From Felis catus (taxonomy: Eukaryota), in the NCBI RefSeq assembly GCF_018350175.1, contig NC_058368.1, forward strand, positions 156,614,001 to 156,678,000: a DNA stretch of 64,000 nt. Reading direction: 5' to 3'. The position numbers were made by a program, and so were the translations under genes. The notes beneath the pieces were generated by a model. The model had not been told where the DNA came from. It saw only the letters and a list, made by a program, of their open reading frames with translations, and made no database searches. This document shows positions 39,280 to 52,719 of this stretch, piece after piece. Positions within the stretch are counted from its first letter, which is position 1. Each line of letters begins with the position of its first letter.

Positions 39280-40504
39280 AAAAGTGCTAAAATTATAAAT
39301 TAAGAGCAAAAGGAAACAGAACAAAGAGCAGAGACATCAAATTGATAAAGGAAAATTATTGACATTATCCTGAATAATGAATCGTTGAGTATTTATGCTG
39401 AGGCGTTGCATTTATCAAAGTAGTTAGACACATTGATAATATCTTATTTAAATCTGGTTTTTGCCTCCAAAACACCAATACACACTAAGAAAGTTTATCT
39501 TCAAAGATCCAAAATCCTACTGTGAATCTAAAAAGTAACAAGATTGTACATTTAAAAATCTAGAAGATATATTTTTTCCCCAGAGAAATAAAACTAAGGG
39601 ACAGTTGATTTCTTTCCTAACAAATGAACATGATGCTGTATTTAGTTCAGCCTCCTATTTAAATACATCATAAAAATCTTTAAAGACTTTGTCATTGGAT
39701 GAACAAGGATTAGCCTTGAACTTCTGTTAATTGTGATATTTTTCATTAGCTTTAATGGGTACAGACCTTTAAACATATTGTAGTTATCATAATTCAGCAA
39801 TTCTTCAATACTCAAAAACTCACCACAGATTTGAAATTGGGAAGCCTGAGATTCAAATGTGAAGGTCAACCCAGGTAGCCTTCATATTACATAGAGTATT
39901 TTTAAGGTGCACAATTCCTTTTCTCAATACTCTCTAGGCATTTAAGAGGTTAGAAAGAGATAAACCCATAAGTAAATAATTTTCGTAGCCTTTCCTGGTC
40001 TGACTGAAATCACTGTTTATCAGAGCTCTATAGCTCTTGGTTGCCCCCACCAAGTTGAATATGTCTATTGATAGTTATGTAACTAAAAACAGGGACACGA
40101 AGTAAGTAGAAATTACAGTGAAGTTCTATTTTCCTGTTTTCTTGGTTACTCAAATAGGTGCTCATACCATTTATACTCATTAAACACCAATATGATTCCC
40201 TCTGCAACTCCAACTGTCCATTTAAATATTTCTGATGAGAGACAGACAATCTCAACTCCCCAGAGGACATGCCCTGTAACTGAAGGCTGGCTTTGCTTTG
40301 TCTTTTATTTTCCTAGAAATTTTAACTTAAATCTTTAATTTGTGCATTAGCATGTATGTATACACACATGCATGCATGTGTATCTATTACTGTCAACCAT
40401 GGCTTTGAAAGCAGAATCTTCACAAAATTATGATTTATTTTCATTGAGGATATTTAGGGAACTTTAAAACCAACATATCTCCTCCTAGTCACATTCAACT
40501 TAAT

Positions 40505-40523
40505 ATGCATATATACATGTGTG

Positions 40524-40579
<56 letters not shown>

Positions 40580-40650
40580 TACATATATCACATGTATACA
40601 TATATATGTTAGATATATCTGATGTACATCATATATACACATATATATCT
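40505..40650. repeat. (TA)n(CA)n alternating purine-pyrimidine microsatellite
   Basis: Read directly. Confidence 0.93.
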
Positions 40651-42137
40651 TTGAATTCAAAGGCCATATAATCTTGCAAACCAACAGTTAGCTCCATTAT
40701 CCTGGAGCCACGTTGTATTAGTTCCCTCCCTTTGGTCAGTCTGGAGAGGATCTTGGGAAATTGTCAGCTCACTGGGGAACACATATTTGCAGTGTGAATG
40801 CCAATCAGTGGTCCACAATTAAACATTTTAGAGCCAGCACACAGGCGTCAAGGCATTCGTCTTCTGCCTGAGATTACCTTTTGTCCTTTCACTTTGTGCC
40901 AAGTCATCCAGCTTTGCTCCCTCAAGGACCCGCAACATTTTAAAAATTCAACAAGAGCGGTCAAATAAATGTAAAGCCACTGTTACAGCAAATCCCTGTA
41001 GTTATGAATTACAATATATAAAAATGTATGATATTTTATACCAATGGGAAAATATTGTCAAAATAGCAAGAAAAAAAATCATCTCTACATAAAATTTAAC
41101 CATGGCTTCATGTAATTTGTGGGATAATAAAATATTTACTGCACTATGATATCTCTATTTTAGATAAACTTACTACAAATTTTGAGAGTTCAGTTGATCG
41201 AGGTAAAAATAGTCTTTTATATTAGAAATGCCCATGCTATTTGCCTTTTGTTCACCACTGCACTTGGGAATCTCAGAAGCCTTAATTATGAGGTTGACTT
41301 TATAGCATTCCCAGATAACACAGATTTGGTAGTATAAATAGTGGTAAGGACTTTTAAAAGAACATTGTATTGCCTTTGGAAACACGTAAGCATCTCATTT
41401 TTTCAAAAATTTATGCATAATAATTTTAAATGAGACACCAAAGAAAAGCCTTTTAGGTCCTCACGAGTGAGAGAGTCAATGACCAAGAAAGCTCGTGTGT
41501 TTTGCAGGTTTAAAAAAATAATCTATTTATTATCAGGATGTGAAGTCTTTGGAGAAAGAACCTAATAACTGCTAAATAATGACTCTGAACCCCCCCCCAT
41601 GTCGGACTGTGTGAGATACCTAAAAATGTGTTAATCTGTTTCTCTAACGTTTCTTAAATTAAAGCACTTAGAGGTTTTCACTGATGCATTTTTAATGTGT
41701 CATCCAAGGTGTCAGGTTTAACTACGCCCTGCAGACTTAGAGTGGAAAGTGTTCTCTAGTTTAAATTAACAATATCCTTGCCAAAAGTCTTATTAGAAAT
41801 TGCTTCATTCACCAGTGAATAAAGTGTTTTATAGTTCATTAAAATTATGCTAAGTGATTATAATAAAATCTTTATAAAAAGATATATTACTAAAAAAATA
41901 AGCCATCAAGTAACAGAAGATATGCTAATGAGACATGATCACAAAGTCCATATTATATTATTCAAAGGATTATCTCTTCTTAAAAGATTTCTAAACTGTT
42001 ATTGTTGAGAATATGAATTGCAGTGTGTATATCTTTATATTATCAGAATGGTTATGTCTCATGTAATTAAAGCAATTTATTGAAAGTACATAAGTTTATT
42101 ATCACACTCATCGATAAACTAATTCTTCCACATTAAA

Positions 42138-42140
<3 letters not shown>

Positions 42141-42172
<32 letters not shown>
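42141..42172. repeat. (CA)16
   Basis: Read directly. Confidence 0.95.
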
Positions 42173-42174
<2 letters not shown>

Positions 42175-43919
42175 GTAGGGTAAAATCATTTCTGCTTATT
42201 GTCGGTCTGACAGGCAATTATTTCATTATTTTTTTCTATTTTTTGTCTGACCCCACAAAATTTATTCACAAAACACATATACATCTTCTCTTCTGAGCTC
42301 ATGAAATTTTCTTGCTGAATAATTTAACCTTAGAATAAATTATCAATGATAAGCTTCTTCTAAAGAATAAAATATTGCAATAATTCAAAGCATTACCATT
42401 TTTCTGCCAAAATGCATTTTGTCATGTAAGTATAACTCTTTGACCAGGATAATTATTCAGTTGCCCAAGTTTAGGGAGACACTGATCCCTTTCTTCTGAA
42501 AATAACATTTTTCTTTAACAGCTGAGTGTGAGGCAGGATTACAAATGTGCAAGATGGAAAGTATGCTTGTGGAAAACTGGAATGAGAGTTTTAAAAGATG
42601 TTATCATTCCCAGAAGAGGAGCTATGAAGAAATTCATAATTATTTCCTGGTTAACATACCGTTCAAATACAACATGTATCATTCTTGCTTGTCAGAGGCA
42701 AGTTTTCCTACTTGTTAGATGGTAACACAATTACTCTAAATTATATGGAAGTCAGTCCTGAACAGCAATTATAATTCCCTGCCCTCAAGTTGGCTATTCA
42801 GTTATTTTCAATAGTACATACAATTCCACATTATAAAAGTGCCACAAATAATATGATTTCCATTGAAAGAATCAATTATTGACAAGATGACGAGCATGAT
42901 GAACCGATATTTAAGTAACAGGAAACCCCATGAGCTGATACACTTGCATACACGGGGGGCGGGGGGGGGATGTGCATATTTAAAACATAACTATGGCAAT
43001 TTAGTTTTCCCTTTCCATGATTACGTCACTTCTGAAAACAAAACAAAACAAACAAGAAGAGGAAGAAAAACTCCATACTAGAGAATGTCTAGCAACATTA
43101 TCAGACTGTATTTAAGTCTTTGCCACAGAGTTCATAATTCTCAGATTTTATAATCACCGTTGGTACCCACACACAGACTGCACATAACAGTCCTGCTCCA
43201 GAGAAGCAGGAGACCTCATTCTCACAAGTCAAGATTCCAAAGAAAAAAATGACCTGTTCATATGAAAAATTCACCTTTGACTTTGAGCGAAGTTGTATCA
43301 AAGGTAAAATACTTGTATTTGACTGTAAGGCAAATAAATTATATCCTTTTACAAAAAACAAAAGAGGAAAAAAATCTTAGACACAGGGTCTTGAAGGAGA
43401 AGATTGAAATAATTAGAAAAGGGATACATTTCCACAAAACAGTAACATGATAATACATAAAGCTACATGGTACAGCCACTTATCCCTTAATTTCTTGGGA
43501 AGCACAATTTGCTTGAACATCATTCTTCCTCCATTAATTCCTGAAGGAAGGAGCTGGGGAAGCAGTTTCAGTGTGTGTGAAGGACCATGGATTGTGTGGT
43601 AAACGAAGTTACAAACTTTCCCTTGATTTTGAACTTAACACCTTGTTCTTATAACACTAATGTGGATGAATATGACAGATGTTTTAGGGGACAGTGATGA
43701 TTGAATGAATTAACAGGTGCTCAATATGTTCTCATAGAAAAAAAAGCGAATGAGTGAACTGATTTCCCTTTACTCAGCACTCAATATCCCCAATAAATTT
43801 TATAAAATGGAAAATCCCTTAGGCTAAAAACCCCAAAGCCATATTACCATTCGAACTAAAAATAATCTGCCAACTACCCCAGCAAATGCAAAGCTAGACA
43901 CAGGGAATTCTGTATCTTC

Positions 43920-43948
43920 AATGGCAAGCCAGAAAAATGGCAAGCCAG
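43920..43948. repeat. 13-nt direct duplication aatggcaagccag, period 16
   Basis: Copies at 43920-43932 and 43936-43948. Confidence 0.85.
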
Positions 43949-45542
43949 TCTGAATGTACAAATGAATTATTAATAATAAATTAGAACTTTCAGAATTTTA
44001 GAAGTAACAATAGTGTTGAATAGATGTTTATTAGTCTTTTTTAATTTTTTGCAGACCAAAGTAAAAGATGCAGATTTATATTTACTTAATTATTCAAATT
44101 AAATTTAAATATAAACTAAATAAATTACTTAAAGAAGAATCTTTATATTTATTCTTTCTTTTATACTACAATAAGTGCATCATTCTTGCTAATTAATACT
44201 AACTACTATATAATATCCTGCTCTAGCATTACACCTTAACTGCATCTGGAACAGGAAATATTGATATATATTAATGAATTACAACTTTTTACCCAGCTGT
44301 GTCATAATGTAGACACAGAATATGGAAAGCCAAATTATGCAACTTTCAAAAAATATATGTTTTTATAGAATACTAATTTTGAAGTATAATTACAAAAAAT
44401 ATGTAATACCAACATGAACAGTGCAAATATTTCTTTAAGGCTTTTTGAAACTTTATTTTGGTCAATAAAAAACACAGTGAATACTAAGTCAGAAATATTC
44501 AGCAACTTTCTTTAGTAAATGGTTTTCACTTTATTAAAATGTAATGGTGATTTTTAATGTAGCCCTGACCTTTTTGTGAGCCAAGTTATCTTTCTGTCAT
44601 GAATACTATAAGAATTGAGAAGAAACTGTACAGTAAGAAGTACTTGTTATAGCAAATTAATACATTACCATAAATACAAAAACATCTTGATGTAAATATT
44701 TTCTTAATTCACAGTAATAAAAATGACAAAATTAAAGACACATTTAAGTAATAGCATGATTCAATCAGAATGAAAAAAAAAAAAAAAAAGATTGTCATGT
44801 TCCAGGGTCTAAAAAAATTACTCACACTTAAAAATGAGTGCTGACTTTTTAAATGGAAATTTGAACAAAGATCTTTAGAAATAAAATCCCTTTATTTCAA
44901 GGAGTAATGTCAGTTTCATCTTGATATTTATTTGTGTCCAAGAGTGGTACCACCACTCAACAAATACAGAGTTTAGTTTGTATCTTAGATACTTTACAAG
45001 TTATAAGAAGAGCAAGGACTTTGTAAGTTACAGGAACCATAAACTCTTCTCACTCCCAGGAGTCATTTATTTCTCGAAGTGAGAAGAGGCAATGATGGAA
45101 AACTCTTCTCATTACAGGCTCCACAGATGTAGCCCTAGAGGAATTTTTGAGTTTAGAAAGCCTCACATTTAGTTTTCAGTGAACAAAGACAGTGAGTTAC
45201 ATGGATCTTCCTTCTCTCTGGAGTGGTCCCTACCCTAACCCCATCATTTTATTCCTGATCGGGAGCAAAGACATTTTCTAGACCCTGTGGCACACACAAC
45301 AGAAACCAGGTGCTGAGAAGTGACCAGGCATTAGCAAGAGGATGATGTGGATGTGATTGATCAGTGTGATTTCTAGTTACTTAAAAAAAGCATCACGTGA
45401 TTTACTTAAAGTTATGGGAAAAAAAGAACAAGGGTGATGAAATCCTGTAGTACAGTTTGAAGAGGTATGAGAGAGATTTGGAAATGCAGCTGATAGTTCT
45501 TCTCAACAAGAAAAGCTGAAAGATCACATGCTAAGCCATTAC

Positions 45543-45581
45543 CTTACTTGATCTTTTCCAACTCTTCCTCATTAGCATTGT
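45543..45581 (-). CDS. MCTP1: MCTP1 exon ~6 (39-nt micro-exon): TMLMRKSWKRSSK
   Basis: Acceptor tttcatttacag|ACA, donor AAG|gtaatg; same peptide as recalled for human; phase 0/0. Confidence 0.95.
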
Positions 45582-46013
45582 CTGTAAATGAAATAAAGCA
45601 TTTTCATTATCTTATCACTCAAGTACAGAATAGGGCAGCCAATTGTTTTCTAGAGGAAGCTTAACATTTAAACAGCAGTTTCCAGCAACCAGTATACAAG
45701 ACAAAATTGTTTTCATCACGTACACACAGCTAGAAGAAGCACCTTTAACATTCAAGCAGTCTTTCTGTGAGAGTTCATTTGCTTTATTCTTTTGTATAAA
45801 GAAATGAGTCGGTATTTTTTAAATAGAATGGAAAATTTGAAATATCTTATTATTGGCTGGGAAAAAAATATTGCATCTCATGATTGGCAATGGTTCCTTT
45901 TGGTGCTGGAGGTTGAGGATGTACTGACTCGACCAGGTAACTTGTCTCTTCAAACATGTTCAAAAGCCTGTTGCTTTGGTGGCATCTTAGAATTGTCTCT
46001 GCTTCCAATTAAT

Positions 46014-46050
46014 CTTTCAAATGTGAAAATGCTTTCAAATGTGAAAAATG
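46014..46050. repeat. 18-nt tandem duplication ctttcaaatgtgaaaa(a)tg
   Basis: Copies at 46014-46031 and 46032-46050. Confidence 0.85.
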
Positions 46051-46960
46051 CTACATTAGTAGATCTTCCTGCTAAATGTTTAGCCATAACATATCCTTTA
46101 AATTAGTTTTTTTTTTTTTGTCTGTGTGTGCCATAGTAAAAAGTATTTATGGCTACAAGTTTTATTTAAGGTTAATGGAAATTTGTAATGAGTGCCCAAG
46201 ATCAGTGGTCTCTTAAATAAAGTAAGTCATAAAAATCCAAAGATATTTTATTTACTCCCCAGTTTTAAATTTTTCTCAGTGAACACTGTGGTATTAACTT
46301 CCTGATTAACCTCTTTACCCTCTCTTAGCTTTATCATTATCTTTAATGCTTATGAAGTGGAGAATAGGGAATATTTGGAGAAAGAATATACCTTTTGAAG
46401 TGCTTGTCATATTTGTATATTAAGGAGGCACACTGGTACCTTTAACAACTGTATCTCCTTCAGCAGAATTCACTATAAAGCAGGACCATTTCAAAAACCA
46501 CTCATAAATCACAAAAATACAAAAGAAAATTTTAATAAAAGATTAAGTCATATAGAAGACAACCTTTGGCCTAAACCAAGACAATAGAATTATGTGAAGG
46601 TTCTAGGACAGGAAAAGAGAAAAACATGAAATTGTCAAAGATAAGGATTCATTTTTCTTCTTTGTAGATAGTGCTTTTATAGGTTATATTTTCCCTATAT
46701 ATCCCCTGTGTTAAATATTGACCAAAATATGGAAGACTAGTGGATTTCCTAAGGTTACAATAATTCCTTATTTTATTTTGAATGGAGCCAGGAAATGGCA
46801 AAGCATTATTATCAAATACTATTATAGAAATATTTTATATGTTTTCTAAGTACTAACGTGCAATTTATTTTGAAGCAACAAAATCTACCATTGGGTTGTG
46901 GAGGTGTCCATACGGTGGCCATGTAATAAATGTTTATTATTGATCTTAAGTGAGTTATTG

Positions 46961-47010
46961 TCATCATCATCATCATCACCATCACTCCCACCACCACCTC
47001 CACCACACCT
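46961..47010. repeat. (CAT)n/(CAC)n trinucleotide tract
   Basis: Read directly. Confidence 0.9.
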
Positions 47011-47668
47011 TCTCCATCAAACTAAAAGGCAATTGGAAACCAAATACTTTTGTGGCATGCCATATTAACAAAACCTCCACCACTGGGAGTCAGACAATAA
47101 ATCTTCAACTTTCTGAGAAAGCAGAGTTTCAATGAACAGAGAATGATAATTCCTAGAGATAATGTTTTCAGTCAAATTAAGTGAGAATAATTAAGATAAA
47201 TAAATAAATAAGCAAAATCTTGTAACTCATGGCCATTTATTATCATCATCTAGTTTCTAAGGATCTCCTAAAATTCCATTCTGTAAGAAATGGTATACAG
47301 TGAAAAAGGAGCTAAGAACAGGAGGAAGAGTTGAATCTCAAGGCAACACTACTCAGTATTACACAGATTTACTACTGCTGCTCGAAACCACATCCCTTGA
47401 CTCAGAGCCACGGCATAAAATAAATCCTCATGATGTAAAGCGAACTATAGGGTTTGTATTTTTTCTGTCTCTCAAAATTGGCTTTACAAATAGACTGCAA
47501 GTTATCGTTTTTCAGACTGGGACACTGATACAAACAAAAAGTTAACGATTTCCCAAAGTATAAATATGCAATATTTGGCAGTTGTGGGAACAAATTCATT
47601 ATTTTCCTGATTTGGTTTCTAGAATTCTATTATTAGATCCAGTGACCCCCAAAATGTGCCTAGATTTT

Positions 47669-48795
47669 TAAAATTATTAATTAATTAATTCATCATGATA
47701 AGTGTACTCTTTAATCCCCATTCTTTATTTCATCCATCCCCTACCCACCTCCCCTCTGGTAACTATCAGTTTGTTCTCTACAGTTAAGAGTGTTTCTTGG
47801 TTTCTTTCTCTCTCTTTCTTTGCTCATTTGTGTTGTTTCTTAAATTTCCCATGTGAGTGAGGTCATGTGGTATTTACCTTTCTCTGACTGACTAATTTTG
47901 CTAAGCATTATACTCTGTAGCCCTAACTGTGTTGTTACAAATGGCAAGATTTCATTCTTTTTTATGGCTGAGTAATATTCCATTGTGCATATATATACAA
48001 CATCTTCTTTATCCATTCATCAATCAATGGACACTTGGGCTGCTTCCATAATTTGGCTATTGTAAATAAGGCTGCTATAAACAAGGGGTTCACGTATCCC
48101 TTTGAATTAATGCTTTTGTATTTTTTGGGTAAATATCCAGCAACATGATTACTGGATCATAGGGTAGTTCTATTTTTAACTTTTTCAGGAACCTCAAAAC
48201 TGTTTTCCACAGTGGCTGCACTGCGTTCCCAACAGTGCAAGAGGCTTCCTTTTTCTGCATATCCTCACCAATGCTTGTTTCTGGTGTTTTTGATTTTAGC
48301 CATTCTTACAGGTGTGAGGTGATATCTCATTATAGTTTTGATTTGTATTTCCCTGATGATGAGTGATGTTGAGCATCTTTCCATGTGTCTGTTGGCCATC
48401 TGTATGTCTTCTTTGGAGAAATGTCTGTTCATGTCTCCTGCCCATTTTTTAATTGGATTATTTCCTTTTTGGGTGTTGAGTTCTTTACATATTTTGGATA
48501 CTAGCCCTTTATAGGATGTGTCATTTTCAAATATCTTCTCTCATTCCATAGACTGTCTTTAGTTTTATTGTTTCCTTTGCTATGCAGAAACTTTTTATTT
48601 TGATGTAGACCTAATGGCTTATTTTTGCTTTTATTCCCCTTGGCTTGGGAGACATATCTAGAAAAATGTTGCTATGGCGGACATCAGAGCCATTACTGCC
48701 TATGCCCTCTTCAAGGATTTTTATGGTTTCAGGTCTCATATTTAGATTTTAATCCATTTTGAGTTTATTTTAGTGTATGGTGAAATAAAATGGTC
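47669..48795 (-). mobile_element. 5'-truncated carnivore L1 (3' UTR plus decayed ORF2 C-terminus), same orientation as MCTP1
   Basis: Hallmarks ttcattctttttatggctgagtaatattccattg, ggtgtgaggtgatatctcatt, tcttctttggagaaatgtct; TSD-like cctagatttt/cctggatttt. Confidence 0.95.
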
Positions 48796-49574
48796 CCTGG
48801 ATTTTAGAACAAAATTTCTGCTTCTTGAGCCAAGCCAACTGGATAAACAACGTGTTTAAGCATACTACTCCTAAGTTTCTTTTTCTTTTTAGATATTTGG
48901 GTTAAGCTAGATTCAATGAAGCTGAAAACAGGAGAAAAGTTTTAAAAAAGTGAATTTAACAAACATACTATTAAACTATGAGACATGTTAGAGAAGAAAG
49001 ATTGGGGAATGTTAAAGATAGGAGATAAAGCAAATTATAGAAAAATAAGATTTATTTTTTGCTCTATGATCTTAAGCTGAGAAACATATGAATTTTGTTT
49101 TTGAATGCATCATTATCTAATATTATTATAGGATTATCAAAATTCTTCATTAACATCTCAACTTTCTTTGAAGCCAGTGAAAGAATTAAGTAACATAAAA
49201 ATATGGCCTGTGATAGAGCTGCAGAACTGATTATGTTTTTATGAGATTCTACAATCTCAATCCATTTTTTGCTTTTATTTTTTGTTGTAGTGATATTTTT
49301 CAGGCAATTACACGGTTACCATAGATATAAAAAAATAATCACAGAATAGCTAGACAATATAGTGTATACATCTTATAAAACATTAAATTTTTATAAGTGT
49401 TTTTAAAAAAATGTTAGCTATGAAAATAATTCAGAAAAATTAGCAAAATAAACCATCATGAAAAAAAATTTTTAATTCGCCATAGTCAATTCATATGTTT
49501 CTTATAATCTTCTATTTTTTAGCTTTAGCCAAGCAATTTGTAGGTCTAGGAGTGTGTAACACAAATTAACTCAC

Positions 49575-49622
49575 TTTTATTTCACAAATTCTCCAATGAA
49601 GAAAGCTGTGGATTGAACTCTG
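49575..49622 (-). CDS. MCTP1: Candidate additional in-frame cassette exon (48 or 45 nt): (Q)SSIHSFLHWRICEIK
   Basis: ttctttctggctctttttctag|CAG| acceptor, AAA|gtgagt donor, stop-free, phase 0/0 matching the host intron; no transcript evidence available. Confidence 0.55.
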
Positions 49623-50661
49623 CTAGAAAAAGAGCCAGAAAGAACTCAAACACACTATCAGACCAAAGTACCATATACAGGACACACATGTATGCGCTAC
49701 AGACTTTCGTAGGCTCAAAAACAAGACATGCATTCGAAACAGAAATGACAGTTGTATCATGCAATTCATCAGCATGCCCCTGCCCCCCACGAAGATTTTG
49801 GTTTCTCATACACACAATGCTGGAAACTTAAAAAAAAATGTATATAAATCTGTTCACATCTGATATTTTTTTTAAAAGACTCAATGATGAACTCAATGGA
49901 CAAGATTTTAATATAAGCAATTTTGAAATACTTTTGCTATTACTCATACTATACTCCTCAAATTGCTGTAATTAGACACTGCATGTTTTAGAGGCTTTAG
50001 TAGATTCAGTAGGCTGGTAGGATTTTCAACTCATTCTTCAGTTTTACTGATTTCCAGAACTGGCAATCCACACAAGGAGAAATCATCCCAACTGCATTAT
50101 TCATGGAATGTAGTGTCAGTATTAACAGTGTATAAAAAACTTGCAAGATAACTGATTTAGAAACTTTGGCACTTTTTGATGCTAAGTACTCTGTATTTAC
50201 ACTTAATTTATTCCTACTTTTGATAGCATTTTCTTAACATTAATGTTCTACTTCCTATTTGATTGTTAGACCTTATTTGTTAATGGCTCTTGAAAACTCC
50301 TGTCTTCCATTCTCTATTTTAACACATATATTTAGCAAAGTTTTATAAATATAGGCATAAGAATAAATATGGAATTCTTAGACTAAAATCTTAAATCCCA
50401 AAAGCTTAAAATAGATGACTTCTGTGCTAATAATCAAAGAGAACAGAACTTTTAAAATTTTGCTGTGTGAGGATCAATGCAAAAATCATCCTCTATTCCT
50501 TCCCTATATGTTATGCTAGATATTATATGGAATTGTGAGGCATTTAGTAACTGATTTCTGGTATGCTATATTTTGAGTTTGAATTTTTCTAAATAAGATT
50601 TGTTCCTGGATAATTTGTAAATTTCACAACAGCACTTTCACTGAAGCAATATAATATATAT

Positions 50662-50691
50662 TTCAAGCATACAAAAATTCAAGCATACAAA
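50662..50691. repeat. 14-nt direct duplication ttcaagcatacaaa, period 16
   Basis: Copies at 50662-50675 and 50678-50691. Confidence 0.85.
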
Positions 50692-52719
50692 GATACATTG
50701 GATCCATGATTGTTTTTAACTAAAAAACTTCAATTATATTCCAGGAAAATATATTGGAGTAATACTAGACATGTGACAAAAAGAAAAATACAGTGACATG
50801 CTTCTAATGCATTGTTATTAATATCTTCGTAGAGCAACACAGACTGATTTTAAGCAGATTATCATTAATGTACTAATTTTAAGAATGCAAAAGGAAATTA
50901 AATAATTATTTAATACTGTTTGTGACAATCTCAGGGATTTAAATACTGAAGAAAAAAAAATCTTAAAATACCTTTCCCTGGACCTTTGAAGTATCCCTTC
51001 AAATCCTCATAGAATTTCATCTGCAACTCATTGAACAGCCACTAGGTACAGAAAGCTCGACTAGGTTTTGAATGCAGTCGTCAAAAAAAAAGATCATCAG
51101 AAGCAATAATTTATATATACTTTTTTTTTTTAACCAGAAGTGATAGGATAGAGAATGGAGTTGATGGGAAGTAATTTAGGTAGGGCAAATGACAGTGAAG
51201 AAAGCCTGGACTCGAGAGAAGGTGAGATCTGCCAGAGTTTGTATGGCTGGGGCAGAGGTTACCAGTGACAGAACATATGGTGCTCATTGGAGAGCTTTAA
51301 AGTCCCTCATCAGGAGTTTCCATTTAATTAGAGAAATAAACATGTCACTGAACACTTAGAAGAAGGATAAAGAAGACATTATAGAACTTGGCACAATGCT
51401 TATAGAGTCAATAAATGTTTTTTGAACCCTGCCCAGCCAACAAATGGTCCTTGTTCAGAGTTTCAAAACCTCATATTAGTGTTGCTTAACAGTCTTAGAG
51501 ATCTTAATAAAATAGCTATGCAATTGTTATATAGACCAAAACAAGCAAGCAAACAGAAGCAAATTTATGTCTTTGTTAGAAATTTTCATCCTGTAAGCAC
51601 ATGCTTAGAAACCCTGATTCAAATCTAGGACATCAGACTAGCCAGGATACTGGGGATACCACCAGAATTACCCTGGCTTCTCTGCAACCACTCCCATGCT
51701 CCCAGCTGTTAATCACACCCACAAGGAAGAGCAAGTGCAGTCAACCTGACACCTGGATAATGACACCCTTGTCTCCATTCCTCAGGTATGACTGAGGTCA
51801 GTGTGGTCACCAGCCAGAAGCTGGCTCTGATACAGGCTGCAACAGGTTGTGCTTTCCTGAGGCACTGAGCCCTAGCTAAGCTACTTGATTCTCAGGTGAA
51901 AGTCAATGTTAATATGGGAGGGGAGAAGACATCATTTTTCACTGGCCACAGCAGAATGAATTCAGTGCTATTTGGAACTCTGAAGGCAAGGGCATGAAGT
52001 AAGACAGTGCATGAACAATACTTGGCAGTAAAGGATTTCTTTCAAAAAGCTGGAGTAGCAAAAGGCAGGGATTTGAATCAAGAAAATGGCACAAAGATTT
52101 CAGGAAAGGCTCTTTGTGTTAAGGGTAAATGGGGCTGGAAAGGTACAATGAGGAAAATGGAAAAGGAAGAAAAGATGAATCATACCATATTTTTGACGAG
52201 CAACTGCTTCATGTAACCCACCTGTTCTCTTCCCATTCATGTGTGATAAATCACTGATGATCAATAATCAGGCACTGTAATACCTTTAAATGATATTTGT
52301 CTAAATGGACATTGAACTGAAATAATAAATTTGAGCAGCTACGGAGACTGGAAGATTTTTACAAGAAATGTTAAAGAAAAAATAATGTTGGGACCATTTT
52401 GCCTGTGCTGACACTCATTTCTGTGCAGTTTAGAGCAACTCAGCAGCTTCACCATAAGGTCTCTTGGTACTAGCTTGATCTCTCAAACCATCAGTTTGAT
52501 GTTAGAGCACTTAATAAATATTCCTTTTATGCAAAAATTCAGCAGACACTCCATCATCAAATCACCCAAATAACTAAACCAGCCACCATATCATTCTAAC
52601 TTCCAATAATATTGCCAGTCGAATAATTTGGGATATATATGACCTCAGGCACCTAGGTATTTTCATTTATGAAGAGCTGTTCCTCGTTAAAATAATAAAG
52701 AACCCCAAACAAGAATATT

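Noticed and set aside
46950..47135. Poly-His ORF
   Set aside because: Product of a (CAT/CAC)n tract with a non-ATG start and no exon context
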